Of a stretch of 64,000 nt of DNA, positions 39,418-47,739 are shown piece after piece; position 1 is the first letter of the stretch, and each line of letters opens with the position of its first letter. The notes beneath the pieces were generated by a model. It worked only from the letters and a program-made list of their open reading frames with translations. It was not told the DNA's origin and made no database searches. The translations under genes and the position numbers were made by a program. Source of the DNA: Candidatus Dormiibacterota bacterium (lineage in GTDB: Bacteria > Chloroflexota > Dormibacteria > CF-121); assembly GCA_035936995.1 (NCBI GenBank), contig DASYVR010000002.1:5311-69310 (forward strand), given 5' to 3'.

Positions 39418-39453
39418 TTCCCTCCCGCTGTGGGGGAGGGCAGGGTGGGGGCT
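39418..39453 (+). repeat. G/C-rich hairpin repeat copy
   Basis: gttccctcccgctgtgggggagggcagggtgggggc. Confidence 0.9.
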
Positions 39454-40005
39454 CTATTTCACCAGGCCTGGCAGCAGCGAGGGCAAGATCGGAACCGGCA
39501 GAATGCTGGTCAGCGGCAGCGGTAGCAGGCTGGGGGCCGCCGGCGGCATGGCCACTGGGGGCAGTATCGGCGGGCTGGGGGTCGGCGTTGGCGTCGGCAA
39601 CGGTAACGGCGGCGGCCTCGGCAATGGTAACGGCGTCGGCGTCGGCAACGGTAACCGCTTCGGCGTCGGCAACGATAGCGGCGTTGGCGTCGGCAGTGGA
39701 ACCGCCGTTGGCGTCGGCAGCACCGGATCAGCCGCGACAGGGTTCGGCATTCCCGAAAGCAACGATGCACCGGGTCCGCCACCGGCATCCTGCTGGGCGT
39801 CCTGGAACACCCGGAGCGAAAGTGGCGCGGGTCGCTGGGCCGAGTCGCCCGCGTAGCTCGCCAGGCTGAGCCCGTGGACGTTGACCCCGATCGCGAGTAG
39901 GCCGGGGAGATTCGACACGAGGAGCGCCGTCAGCCAGAACAGCAATGCGAACGCCGGGAGCGAGGCGAGGATGGCGAGGTAACGCAGCGGACGGATGCGG
40001 TTCAT
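39454..40005 (-). CDS. Pro/Thr-rich membrane-anchored protein
   Basis: N-terminal TM helices followed by PTPTPLPLP repeats encoded by a tandem DNA repeat. Confidence 0.5.
   Translation of the reverse strand: MNRIRPLRYLAILASLPAFALLFWLTALLVSNLPGLLAIGVNVHGLSLASYAGDSAQRPAPLSLRVFQDAQQDAGGGPGASLLSGMPNPVAADPVLPTPTAVPLPTPTPLSLPTPKRLPLPTPTPLPLPRPPPLPLPTPTPTPSPPILPPVAMPPAAPSLLPLPLTSILPVPILPSLLPGLVK
39585..39725. repeat. Imperfect tandem repeat (18-24 nt units, ggcgtcggcaacggtaacggc...)
   Basis: Direct reading of the sequence; encodes the P/T/L-rich segment of the 39454 gene. Confidence 0.65.
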
Positions 40006-41702
40006 GCCGCCTCAGGCTGCGCGCTCGTCGCGCCAACCTTGCCCATCCGTCGCACCAGCGCCTCGACCGCCCCTTGCCGCGCCAGGAACGCGGTCACGAC
40101 GTCAGGATCGAACTGCAGGCCGGCCTCGATCCGGATGGCCGCGGTCGCTGCCTCGTAGCTCAGCCCCTCGCGATAGGGCCGGTCCGAGGTCATAGCATCG
40201 AAGACGTCGGCCACCGCCAGGATCCGTACCGGCAGCGGGATCGCGGTCCCGGCCAACCCGGTCGGATAGCCGGCGCCGTCCCAGCGCTCGTGGTGATAAA
40301 GTACGCCGGGCAAGCTGGGTTGCAAGAAGCGAAGGCCCTTGAGCATGTCGTAGCCGATCCGCGGATGCTCGCGCATCTCGCCCGCCTCGGCCGCGGTCAG
40401 TGGACTCGGTTTGCGCAGCACCTTGTCCTCGACGCCGATCTTCCCGATGTCGTGCAGCAGCGCCGCCCGGCGCAGCGCCTCGCGATCCTTTGCCGTCAGC
40501 TGCATCGCGTCGGCGATTTCGACGCTGATCGCCGCCACCCGGGCCGAGTGGCCGAACGTGGATGCGTCGCGGGCGTCGATCGCCCGAGCAAGCGCCTCCA
40601 TGCTGGCGAACGTCGTCTCCTCCAGGGCGCCGGTCTTCTCCTCGAGGCTGGCGGTCACGTCGTTGAAGGTCCGGGCGAGGTAGCCGATTTCGTCCCGTGA
40701 GACGACTGCGGCCCGATGCCGCAGGTCGCCCGCGGAAACGGCCCGCATCGACCGCACCAGCAGGTCGATCGGCCGGGTCAGCCGCGAGGCGGTGACCGTT
40801 CCCACCAGCAGCGTGAGTAAGGCGGCGGCGGTGAAGACCAGGGTGAGGACCAGCCGGAGCTGTGCCACCAGGCTCAACAATGGGTCGGCGTTGGCCTGGA
40901 CGGCGAGGTAGCCAAGCTGGCTCCCGCGCATGATCCAGGTGCTAAACAGGGCGCCGTAGGCGTGGTCGCCGCGAGTGTCGTCCATCCGAACCGCCTTAAG
41001 CGTCGTGACCTGCCGCCGGATCGCGTCGGTCGCCAGCGGCGCACTCGGGAGGCCGCTGGCGAGCGGCGTGCCCGAAATGTCGTAAAGGGCAGATCCCGGG
41101 ACGGCCGCGGCGATCTCGGCGAGGGACTCGCCGACCAGGACCGCTCCGACGATTCGTCCCCCTGCGACGTGGACCGGTCCAGCCCAATAGAGAGCGGGCT
41201 GGGCTCCCGTGGGAGAGAGGAAAATTCGTCGCTCGCCCTGCGCGTCCGTTTCACCCGCAAGGACCTTGACCACGGCTGGCTCGGCGGTGAACGCGCCGGC
41301 GTCGGTGACGCTGGCCGAGCCCAGCCCGTCGCGTGTGCTCTCGACGCGAAGCACGTCCTCGCCACGAATATCGAGAACGACCAGCTGGATGCTGGAGACG
41401 GTCGGCTTGAGATTGGCGGCGATCGGCGTCAGCAGCCGGGTCAGGCCGCCGATGTCGCCGGAGGCGAGCGCCTCCGGCACGCCCACCGTGTCGGTCGCCT
41501 GCCGCAGGTCGGCCATCCGGGCGGCTTCGAGTTGCGCCATCGACTGGTTGGCGACCAGGCTGCTCCTGAGCAGGTTGGCGTCGAACACCGCGTCCGCGGC
41601 GTCGGTCAGCCGCGCCGTCGCCACGCCGGTGCCGATCACGCCCACGAAGATGAGCAGCACGGCAAACGGCAGAATGATCTTGTAACGGATGGAAAGCCGC
41701 AT
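40002..41702 (-). CDS. Membrane HAMP-HD-GYP phosphodiesterase, paralog of 37631..39397
   Basis: Same architecture and motifs (HSARVAAISVEI...LHDIGKIG...HHERWDGAGYP); start trimmed to MRLSIRYK (ATG at 41702). Confidence 0.85.
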   Translation of the reverse strand: MRLSIRYKIILPFAVLLIFVGVIGTGVATARLTDAADAVFDANLLRSSLVANQSMAQLEAARMADLRQATDTVGVPEALASGDIGGLTRLLTPIAANLKPTVSSIQLVVLDIRGEDVLRVESTRDGLGSASVTDAGAFTAEPAVVKVLAGETDAQGERRIFLSPTGAQPALYWAGPVHVAGGRIVGAVLVGESLAEIAAAVPGSALYDISGTPLASGLPSAPLATDAIRRQVTTLKAVRMDDTRGDHAYGALFSTWIMRGSQLGYLAVQANADPLLSLVAQLRLVLTLVFTAAALLTLLVGTVTASRLTRPIDLLVRSMRAVSAGDLRHRAAVVSRDEIGYLARTFNDVTASLEEKTGALEETTFASMEALARAIDARDASTFGHSARVAAISVEIADAMQLTAKDREALRRAALLHDIGKIGVEDKVLRKPSPLTAAEAGEMREHPRIGYDMLKGLRFLQPSLPGVLYHHERWDGAGYPTGLAGTAIPLPVRILAVADVFDAMTSDRPYREGLSYEAATAAIRIEAGLQFDPDVVTAFLARQGAVEALVRRMGKVGATSAQPEAA

Positions 41703-41832
41703 GGGGCTGACCCGATGATCTTGCGACTGGGTTGCGACGATCGTTGCATTCGCGTGATGGGCGCCTTCTTGGGCCATTCGGATTCGGGGGAATGCCGACC
41801 GGCCGATGCCTGCTGGGCCGTTTAGCTGATTC

Positions 41833-41899
41833 ATCCCTCCCCCTTGGTGGGAAGGTCGACATTCTTCCCTCCCCCTCTGGGGGCGGGTCAGGGTGGGGG
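41833..41899 (+). repeat. Two adjacent G/C-rich hairpin repeat copies (first degenerate)
   Basis: atccctcccccttggtgggaagg ... ttccctccccctctgggggcgggtcagggtggggg. Confidence 0.85.
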
Positions 41900-42226
41900 T
41901 TAGTCGCCCTTGGCTCGGCGCGACTCCCAGAACGCCAGCCCGCGCCGAAGTCGCTGCATCTCTGCCTCGAGGAACGGGATGTCGTTCCCACCCAGCTCCC
42001 TGTTGGTTTCTGGAACCTTCTCGATGTGCTCGCGTGTCTCGCTCAGCAGACGCTCCTTGAACGCGACCATGTCTCGATAGACGGCGCGCCAGTGCGCGAT
42101 GTCATCGGCGTCGGCGGTGTCGCGATTTTCGCCTTCCATCAGCCGGTCGAAGTCGATAATTCGCTTGAGGAAGTCAGGCGGCTCCATGGCTGCCAATGAT
42201 AGGGACTTGTTTAAGCCCGATTCCAA
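41900..42226 (-). CDS. Hypothetical protein
   Basis: 108 aa, charged/helical; start may be MEPPDF at 42187. Confidence 0.35.
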   Translation of the reverse strand: MESGLNKSLSLAAMEPPDFLKRIIDFDRLMEGENRDTADADDIAHWRAVYRDMVAFKERLLSETREHIEKVPETNRELGGNDIPFLEAEMQRLRRGLAFWESRRAKGD

Positions 42227-43155
42227 TGGGTACGACCGACCAAATGGTCTCCGATGTCGAGCTCCTCGACGCCTATTCCCGCTCCGTGATCGCGGTCGTC
42301 GAGCTGGTGGGACCGGCCGTGGTGGGCGTCAGCGGCGTTGGGACCGGACTGCTGATCACGCCGGATGGCTATGCGCTCACCAACAGTCACGTCGCCAGCG
42401 CGGTCAAAGCGTACGAGCTGACGCTGCGCGACGGCACCGTACTCAAGGCTGACCTGGTCGGGCGGGATCCTCATACCGACCTCGCCGTGTTGCGGGCATC
42501 GGGCACCGGGCTTCCGCATGCTCGACTGGGCGATTCCGGCCAGCTCCAAGTTGGCCAGCTGGTAGTGGCCATCGGGCATCCTTTTGGCTTTCAATCGACC
42601 GTGACGACGGGCGTTGTCAGCGCGCTCGGCCGGACGATGCGGTCGCAGACCGGCCGCACCATCGAGAACATCATTCAGACGGATGCCGCCCTGAACCCGG
42701 GAAACTCCGGTGGCCCCCTGGTCGACACCCGCGGCCAGGTGGTCGGCATCAACACGGCGATCATCGCCACGGCGCAGGGGATCTGCTTCGCGGTGCCGAG
42801 CAACACCGCCCAGCGCGTGGTATCGCTGCTGATTCGGGACGGCCGGGTCGTCCGCTCCTACGTCGGCATCACCGGCGAGACCTGGCCCATCCACCGCCGC
42901 GTCAACCGCTATTACCACCTCGACCAGGACGGCGGCGTCCGGGTTGCCCATCTCGATCCGAATGGGCCGGCGCAGCGCGCCGGACTGAAGAAGGAGGACG
43001 TCCTCGTCAGCCTCGCGGATCACCCGATCAAAGGCGTCGACGACCTCCAGCATTTCCTCACCGACTGGCCGGTCGGCATCCCCGCCGAAGCGCAGGTGCT
43101 GCGCGGAACCGACCTGCTCCGGCGCAGCATCATCCCGGGCGAGCTCAAGAGCTAG
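42196..43155 (+). CDS. Trypsin-like serine protease with PDZ domain (HtrA/DegP family, S1C)
   Basis: GNSGGPLVDTRGQVVGINTAI catalytic-Ser region; TNSHV His region; C-terminal PDZ. Confidence 0.8.
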   Translation: MIGTCLSPIPMGTTDQMVSDVELLDAYSRSVIAVVELVGPAVVGVSGVGTGLLITPDGYALTNSHVASAVKAYELTLRDGTVLKADLVGRDPHTDLAVLRASGTGLPHARLGDSGQLQVGQLVVAIGHPFGFQSTVTTGVVSALGRTMRSQTGRTIENIIQTDAALNPGNSGGPLVDTRGQVVGINTAIIATAQGICFAVPSNTAQRVVSLLIRDGRVVRSYVGITGETWPIHRRVNRYYHLDQDGGVRVAHLDPNGPAQRAGLKKEDVLVSLADHPIKGVDDLQHFLTDWPVGIPAEAQVLRGTDLLRRSIIPGELKS

Positions 43156-43657
43156 CCGGCGGCGCGTTCGCCTCGACCAGCAGGCTCCATGAGTCTCGGA
43201 CACCGATCACGAACAAGAGAATGAACATGCCGGTGGCGACCTGGTCGACCGCCGTGGGGTCGGACGAACGCAGTTGCGCGATGCCGCCGATGGCCAGGTA
43301 TACGTAGACCAGCACCGGCGCGACCATCAACCACGCCGTCTGCCACAGCCGGAATTCGATGCGCCCCTGTAGCTTGTCGCGCCAGACCGGGATCCAGGTG
43401 CGGACGTCCGAAAGATCCCAGTTGCTGAGGCCGCGATCACGACCAGTGCCCGGGTACGCGTGGGCTGATTCGGAAGGAGCAGGAAGAGCGAAAGGGCAAA
43501 CAGGGTCGCGAAGACGGCGAAGGTCGATCGGGCCCATGGCGTGCCGGCGGCCGATGGCGACGCCGCCGGCGAGGGGCGGCCCGATCTGCACCGCCACGAG
43601 CAGCAGGCCCACCAGCGTGGCCGCCGCGCCGGCGCTTACCACGTAGAAGGTAGTCAA
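43145..43657 (-). CDS. Hypothetical membrane protein
   Basis: 4 hydrophobic helices. Confidence 0.4.
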   Translation of the reverse strand: MTTFYVVSAGAAATLVGLLLVAVQIGPPLAGGVAIGRRHAMGPIDLRRLRDPVCPFALPAPSESAHAYPGTGRDRGLSNWDLSDVRTWIPVWRDKLQGRIEFRLWQTAWLMVAPVLVYVYLAIGGIAQLRSSDPTAVDQVATGMFILLFVIGVRDSWSLLVEANAPPASS

Positions 43658-43679
43658 CCTGGCCCACAGCCTAGCGATC

Positions 43680-44300
43680 TCAGCCGGTCAGCGCCGCGCC
43701 GACGGTGACCACGCCGAACCCCAGGAGCGCGACTCCCGAGACGATGCCGATGCCCCGGATAACGGCTGGCGTCAGCCGCTCGCGCAGTCGGCTCGCGACG
43801 CCGGTCAGAACAACCCACCAGCTCAGCGACCCGAGCAAGACGCCAATAACCAGCGCGAGCGCCGTTATCCAACCCGCCGCGACATGGGTGCCCAACCCGG
43901 CGAATACAGCGGTGAACGACAGGATCGTCGGCGGGTTACCGAGGGTCAACGCCACCATTGACCCGGAGGCGCCGGCCAGCCCGCTTTTGTTTCCCTCCCG
44001 CTTTGGGGGAGGATCAGGGTGGGGGACTTTGAGCGTTCGAAGCCCAATAAGGGCGATCGCGATGCCACCCACCAGGCCGATCCAACGGCGCTCCGCGATC
44101 AGAACGCCGGTGACCGCCGCAACGCCGAAGGCCGCCAGCGCCGCATAGGTGGCGTCGCCGGTGGCGACGCCGAGACCGGAGCTCAGACCGCTAGGCCAGC
44201 CGCGGGCGAGCGTGCGGCGGAGGACCAGGAAGAAGATCGGGCCCGGTGAGGCCGCGATCGGGAACCCGACGAGGAATCCGAGGACAACCGCCCTGGCCAT
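43680..44300 (-). CDS. LysE/RhtB family amino-acid exporter with an in-frame repeat insertion
   Basis: N-terminal FLVGFPIAASPGPIFF LysE signature; codons KVPHPDPPPKREGN are encoded by repeat copy 43990..44025. Confidence 0.7.
   Translation of the reverse strand: MARAVVLGFLVGFPIAASPGPIFFLVLRRTLARGWPSGLSSGLGVATGDATYAALAAFGVAAVTGVLIAERRWIGLVGGIAIALIGLRTLKVPHPDPPPKREGNKSGLAGASGSMVALTLGNPPTILSFTAVFAGLGTHVAAGWITALALVIGVLLGSLSWWVVLTGVASRLRERLTPAVIRGIGIVSGVALLGFGVVTVGAALTG
43990..44025 (+). repeat. G/C-rich hairpin repeat copy inside the LysE CDS
   Basis: tttccctcccgctttgggggaggatcagggtggggg. Confidence 0.85.
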
Positions 44301-44387
44301 CCGCCTTCACGGCACCAATGGTATGACACGAGCACAGGTCTGCCGGTCTCGGGAAGGCAAAGCCGGCAGAACCTGTAGAAAGTGAAG

Positions 44388-44650
44388 CGACCCATCGTTA
44401 CGGTTGATAACCCGCCAGTGTGACCCAACGAGCCCTTACCGCCGCCCAGTCCAACCGTTTCCAGAAGGACCTTCACTCCGTACTAATCGAGTCCTTGCGG
44501 GCCCGGGGTTCGGGAGCCCACCGATGTCGTTTCCGTCATCGGCTGGCTTTCTGACAGGTCGCGGGCGTAAGCGTAAAGGCCGTCCAGATCTCCCGCAACT
44601 CCAAACTGCGGTTCGCAAACGCGCGTGCGCTCGGGCGCTGGATCTCTGTT
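44388..44650. ncRNA. Candidate structured noncoding element, copy A (paralog of 50450..50930)
   Basis: No ORF. Shares ordered conserved boxes with copy B (gttacggtt, cccagtcca, ccttgcgg, ctggctttctgacaggtcgc, cccgcaac, cgctcg). Its hairpin ccgatg-tcgtttccgt-catcgg becomes tagag-tcgtttcctt-ctcta in copy B, a compensatory change. Confidence 0.35.
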
Positions 44651-44688
44651 TCCCTCCCCCCTTGCTGGGGAGGGTCAGCGTGGGGGGT
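44649..44688 (+). repeat. G/C-rich hairpin repeat copy overlapping the aminotransferase 3' end
   Basis: gtttccctccccccttgctggggagggtcagcgtggggggt. Confidence 0.85.
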
Positions 44689-45859
44689 AGTGCCGTTTGA
44701 CGAATGCCGCGATTCGGTTTGCAGCCTCCGCCAGCCTCTCCTCCGGCTCGTTGGTGAAGATGAATCGCACGTGATGGTCGCCGAAGTCGTCGGCGCCCCA
44801 GGCGTTCATCGGCGTGATGGCGACGTTCTCCTCCTCGAGGAGCTTGCGACAGAAGTCCCGCGCCGAGACCGCAAGCGCCCTGATGTTGGCAATGAAAAAA
44901 TAGCCGCCGTCCGGGGCGACAACCCGCAACCCGGGAATCCTCGCCAGGCCGGCAATGAGGACATCGCGTCGGCGCTGATACGCCGCCGCCGACTCGGTCA
45001 GGTATTGCTGCGGTCCGGCTAACGCAGCCGCGGCTCCGGCTTCCGAGTGGCCGCTCGCCATGATCCCATTGAAAATGTGGACGTCGTGGACGGGCCGCAT
45101 CAATTCGCGGGGACCGACCGCCCACCCGATCCGCCAGCCAATCATGTTGTAGTTCTTCGTTACGCCGCCGACGATGATGGTTCGCTCCTTCATCGCGGGC
45201 AGCGTGGCCGGGTTGACAACCTCCATCCCGTCGAAGACCACTTTGTCGACGGCGCCGTTAAAGATGAGCAGGGCGTCGCTCTCCCGGGCAGCGGTCGCAA
45301 TCAGCTCCGTCTCGTCTCGGCGGAACACGACCCCGGTCGGCATTGACGGAGAGCCGTAAAAGATTGCCGTGCAACCGCGCGCGGCCCGCCGGAGGTCCGC
45401 GGCGTTGAGATGCCAGCCATCGGCCTCCACCTGGTCGGTGAAGACTTGCACGCCGCCGGCGAGGCGGACGCGCTGCGCCATCCCGTTATAGGTCGGGTTG
45501 GTCATCAGGACTCTGTCGCCATCGTTGACGTAGCTCAAAAGGACGTCCAGCATGGCTTCCCCGACACCGGAGGTGACGACGATCTCGCCGTCGGGATCGT
45601 ATTGGAGTCCGAGGTCTGACCGGTACCGGTCAGCGATCGCCTGGCGCAGCTCAGGCAGGCCGTGCAGCGGGAGATAGCTGTTGTAGCGGTCCTCGCCAAT
45701 GGCATCCCTCGTCGCCTGGACGGCGTGGGCTGGCGGCGGGTAATTGGAGTCCGCGTTCTCCAGCCGGATGCACCCCGGCCGCTGATCCGCGAGCTCGGCC
45801 ATGTCGGCCATCGTCATTCGAACCATGGATCGCACCCGGGCAGACGTTGGCGGTGGCAT
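44675..45859 (-). CDS. PLP-dependent aminotransferase, class I/II
   Basis: Fold-type I aminotransferase length and motifs (GVTKNYNMIGWRIGW Lys region). Confidence 0.8.
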   Translation of the reverse strand: MPPPTSARVRSMVRMTMADMAELADQRPGCIRLENADSNYPPPAHAVQATRDAIGEDRYNSYLPLHGLPELRQAIADRYRSDLGLQYDPDGEIVVTSGVGEAMLDVLLSYVNDGDRVLMTNPTYNGMAQRVRLAGGVQVFTDQVEADGWHLNAADLRRAARGCTAIFYGSPSMPTGVVFRRDETELIATAARESDALLIFNGAVDKVVFDGMEVVNPATLPAMKERTIIVGGVTKNYNMIGWRIGWAVGPRELMRPVHDVHIFNGIMASGHSEAGAAAALAGPQQYLTESAAAYQRRRDVLIAGLARIPGLRVVAPDGGYFFIANIRALAVSARDFCRKLLEEENVAITPMNAWGADDFGDHHVRFIFTNEPEERLAEAANRIAAFVKRHYPPR

Positions 45860-45881
45860 CAGGCCTTCCCTCCTCTCGCTC

Positions 45882-46000
45882 TCAGTATTTGCTGGCTTCG
45901 AAGAAGCTGCCGCAGACGTGGCACTTGCATTGCATCGTCATCACCTGCGATCCGAACAACGAGATGACCTCGGTCTCCGTCGATCTGCAGAATGGGCATC
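45882..46000 (-). pseudogene. Orphan PaaD-type zinc-ribbon tail (CPFCRSTETEVISLFGS...CKCHVCGSFFEASKY) with no in-frame start
   Basis: Matches the C-terminal CxxC...CxxC..F..FK ribbon of PaaD/DUF59 proteins; upstream in-frame region is occupied by repeat copy 46029..46068; no ATG/GTG before the ribbon. Confidence 0.3.
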
Positions 46001-46028
46001 GCGTCGACGGTAGCGAGGGCTCGGTAAA

Positions 46029-46068
46029 TTTCCCTCCCCCTTTACCCAGATCCACCGAAGGGGGAGGC
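46029..46068 (+). repeat. G/C-rich hairpin repeat variant with a large loop and no G-tail
   Basis: tttccctccccctttacccagatccaccgaagggggagg. Confidence 0.6.
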
Positions 46069-46099
46069 CTTAGCCGGCTAAAGAGAATGCGAAAGGTGC

Positions 46100-47600
46100 C
46101 CCGCTGAACTGAGACAATGGCGGCGTTCAACCAAGCCAACGTCTTAGCAGAGGAGCACCTAACGGGTGACATCATCGCATACGTCCCAGCACCCTCGCAT
46201 CGTCTTTGATGACCGCCGAGTGATCGCCAACGCCGGCCTTCTCCTGCCCGCTCGACTGGCGCAGCGCCTGGGACTCCACGAGTTGCTGGACCGGCACATC
46301 GACCTCGGCCCGGCGGTGGGCCACGCCCGTGTCGGGGAGAAGGCGCTGACGCTGGTTGCGTCGCTTCTGGCGGGCGGTGATTGCATTGATGACGCGGCCG
46401 CGCTGCGCGCGCCGGGCCGTGAAGCCGTGCTCGGTCATCGAGTGGCAGCGCCCTCCACCCTGGGTACGTTTCTGCGCTCGTTCAGCTGGGGTCACCTCAA
46501 GCAGTTCGACCACGTGAGTGAACTGGCGCTCGCCCGCGCGTGGCAAGCGGGAGCGGGCCCCGGTCGGCAGGGCCTCACGGTCGATTTCGACTCGACCATC
46601 TGTGAGACCTATGGGGTCAAGAAACAGGGGGCGCAATTCACCTACGCGAAGGTGTGGGGCTATCAACCGTTCCTGGCCATTACCGCGGAGAGCGGCGAGG
46701 TGGTGCACAGTCGGCTGCGCGGAGGGCGCGCGGCCCCGGCGCGAGGCGCGGGACATTTCGTCGGAGAAGCGCTGGCGCGCGTGCGCCGCGCCGCTTCGCG
46801 GGCGCACTGGTGATTCGTGCTGACTCCGGCTTCTTCACGGAGGACGTGGTGCGGGCCAGCCTGCGGTACGACGCCGGCTTTTCCGTTACCGCCCGCATGT
46901 ATCCGCGGTTGAACCGGTGCATCGCCGAGATTCATCCTGAGGCCTGGCAGCCGATCAGGAATTGGGTGGGCGGCACGGCGGAGGTCGCGGAAATCGCCTA
47001 CACCGCCTTTGCCAACACGCATCACGGCAAGCGCGCGCGCCCGCTGGTGGTGCGCTTGATCGTCCGCCGCGTGCTGCCGGATTTCGCGCAGCTCAGCCTG
47101 CCGGGTCTCGGCTATCGCTATCACGCATTCATCACCAACCGCCCGGGCACGGCCTTGGCGCTCGAAGTCGACCATCGTCAGCACGCGATTGTCGAAAACC
47201 GCATCCGAGACCTCAAGCACGGACTTGGGCTCAACCATCTGCCCTCGGGCCGGTTTGCGGCCAACGCGGTCTGGCTGGCACTCAACGTGCTGGCCCACAA
47301 TTTGCTGCGCTGGCTCGATCGACTGGCACTGGCCACCTCGGGTTGGACCGCCAAGACCTTCCGCTATCGCTTTTTCGCCGTCCCTGGCCGGCTGGTCCGA
47401 TCCGGCCGCCAACTCTGGTTGCGCCTTCCGGCTCAATGGCCCTGGCGATCGCAATTCGAAGGCGTGCTCGAGCGCTTGGGCCACTCGCCACCTCAGCCAG
47501 CCTGACGGCGCTTCGCGCTCCACGTCCCTGATCGCGGTCCGAGCATCCCCTCGACGGGCGGTCATCCCGTTCAAGACGACTCGGCAACCCACTTGCTGCC
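46100..47600 (+). mobile_element. IS1380-family insertion sequence (ends approximate)
   Basis: Transposase with N-terminal FDDRRVIANAGLLLP, ADSGFF, and ENRIRDLKHGLGLNHLPSGRFAANAVWLALNVLAHNLL DDE-region motifs; terminal inverted repeats not resolved by eye. Confidence 0.65.
46166..47505 (+). pseudogene. IS1380-family transposase, split by a -1/+1 frameshift near 46790
   Basis: ORFs 46166..46813 and 46654..47505 are consecutive parts of one transposase in different frames; the join is ...ARVRRAAS | GALVIRADSGFF. Confidence 0.65.
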
Positions 47601-47668
47601 CGCCTGGCCCCCTGAAGGCTGACTCCTATCGAGCCACGCCGCTCAAGCGGTCGACTCATACCCACTCA

Positions 47669-47738
47669 GCCCTCCCTCCGCCCCCTTCTTGCCGCGCCAT
47701 CGGTGGATTTGGGCTTTAGGGGAGGGCAGGGAGGGGAT
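47669..47738 (+). repeat. G/C-rich hairpin repeat variant with a ~40 nt loop
   Basis: agccctccctccgccccc...ggggagggcagggaggggatc. Confidence 0.6.
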
Positions 47739-47739
47739 C

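Noticed and set aside
41251-41991. 246-aa minus-strand ORF containing HPDPPPEGEG
   Set aside because: Its only notable segment is the translation of a repeat copy; the rest is antisense to the HD-GYP gene 40002..41702.
46172-47592. Minus-strand ORFs (46172..46807, 46663..47592) inside the IS element
   Set aside because: Antisense to the IS1380 transposase reading frames.
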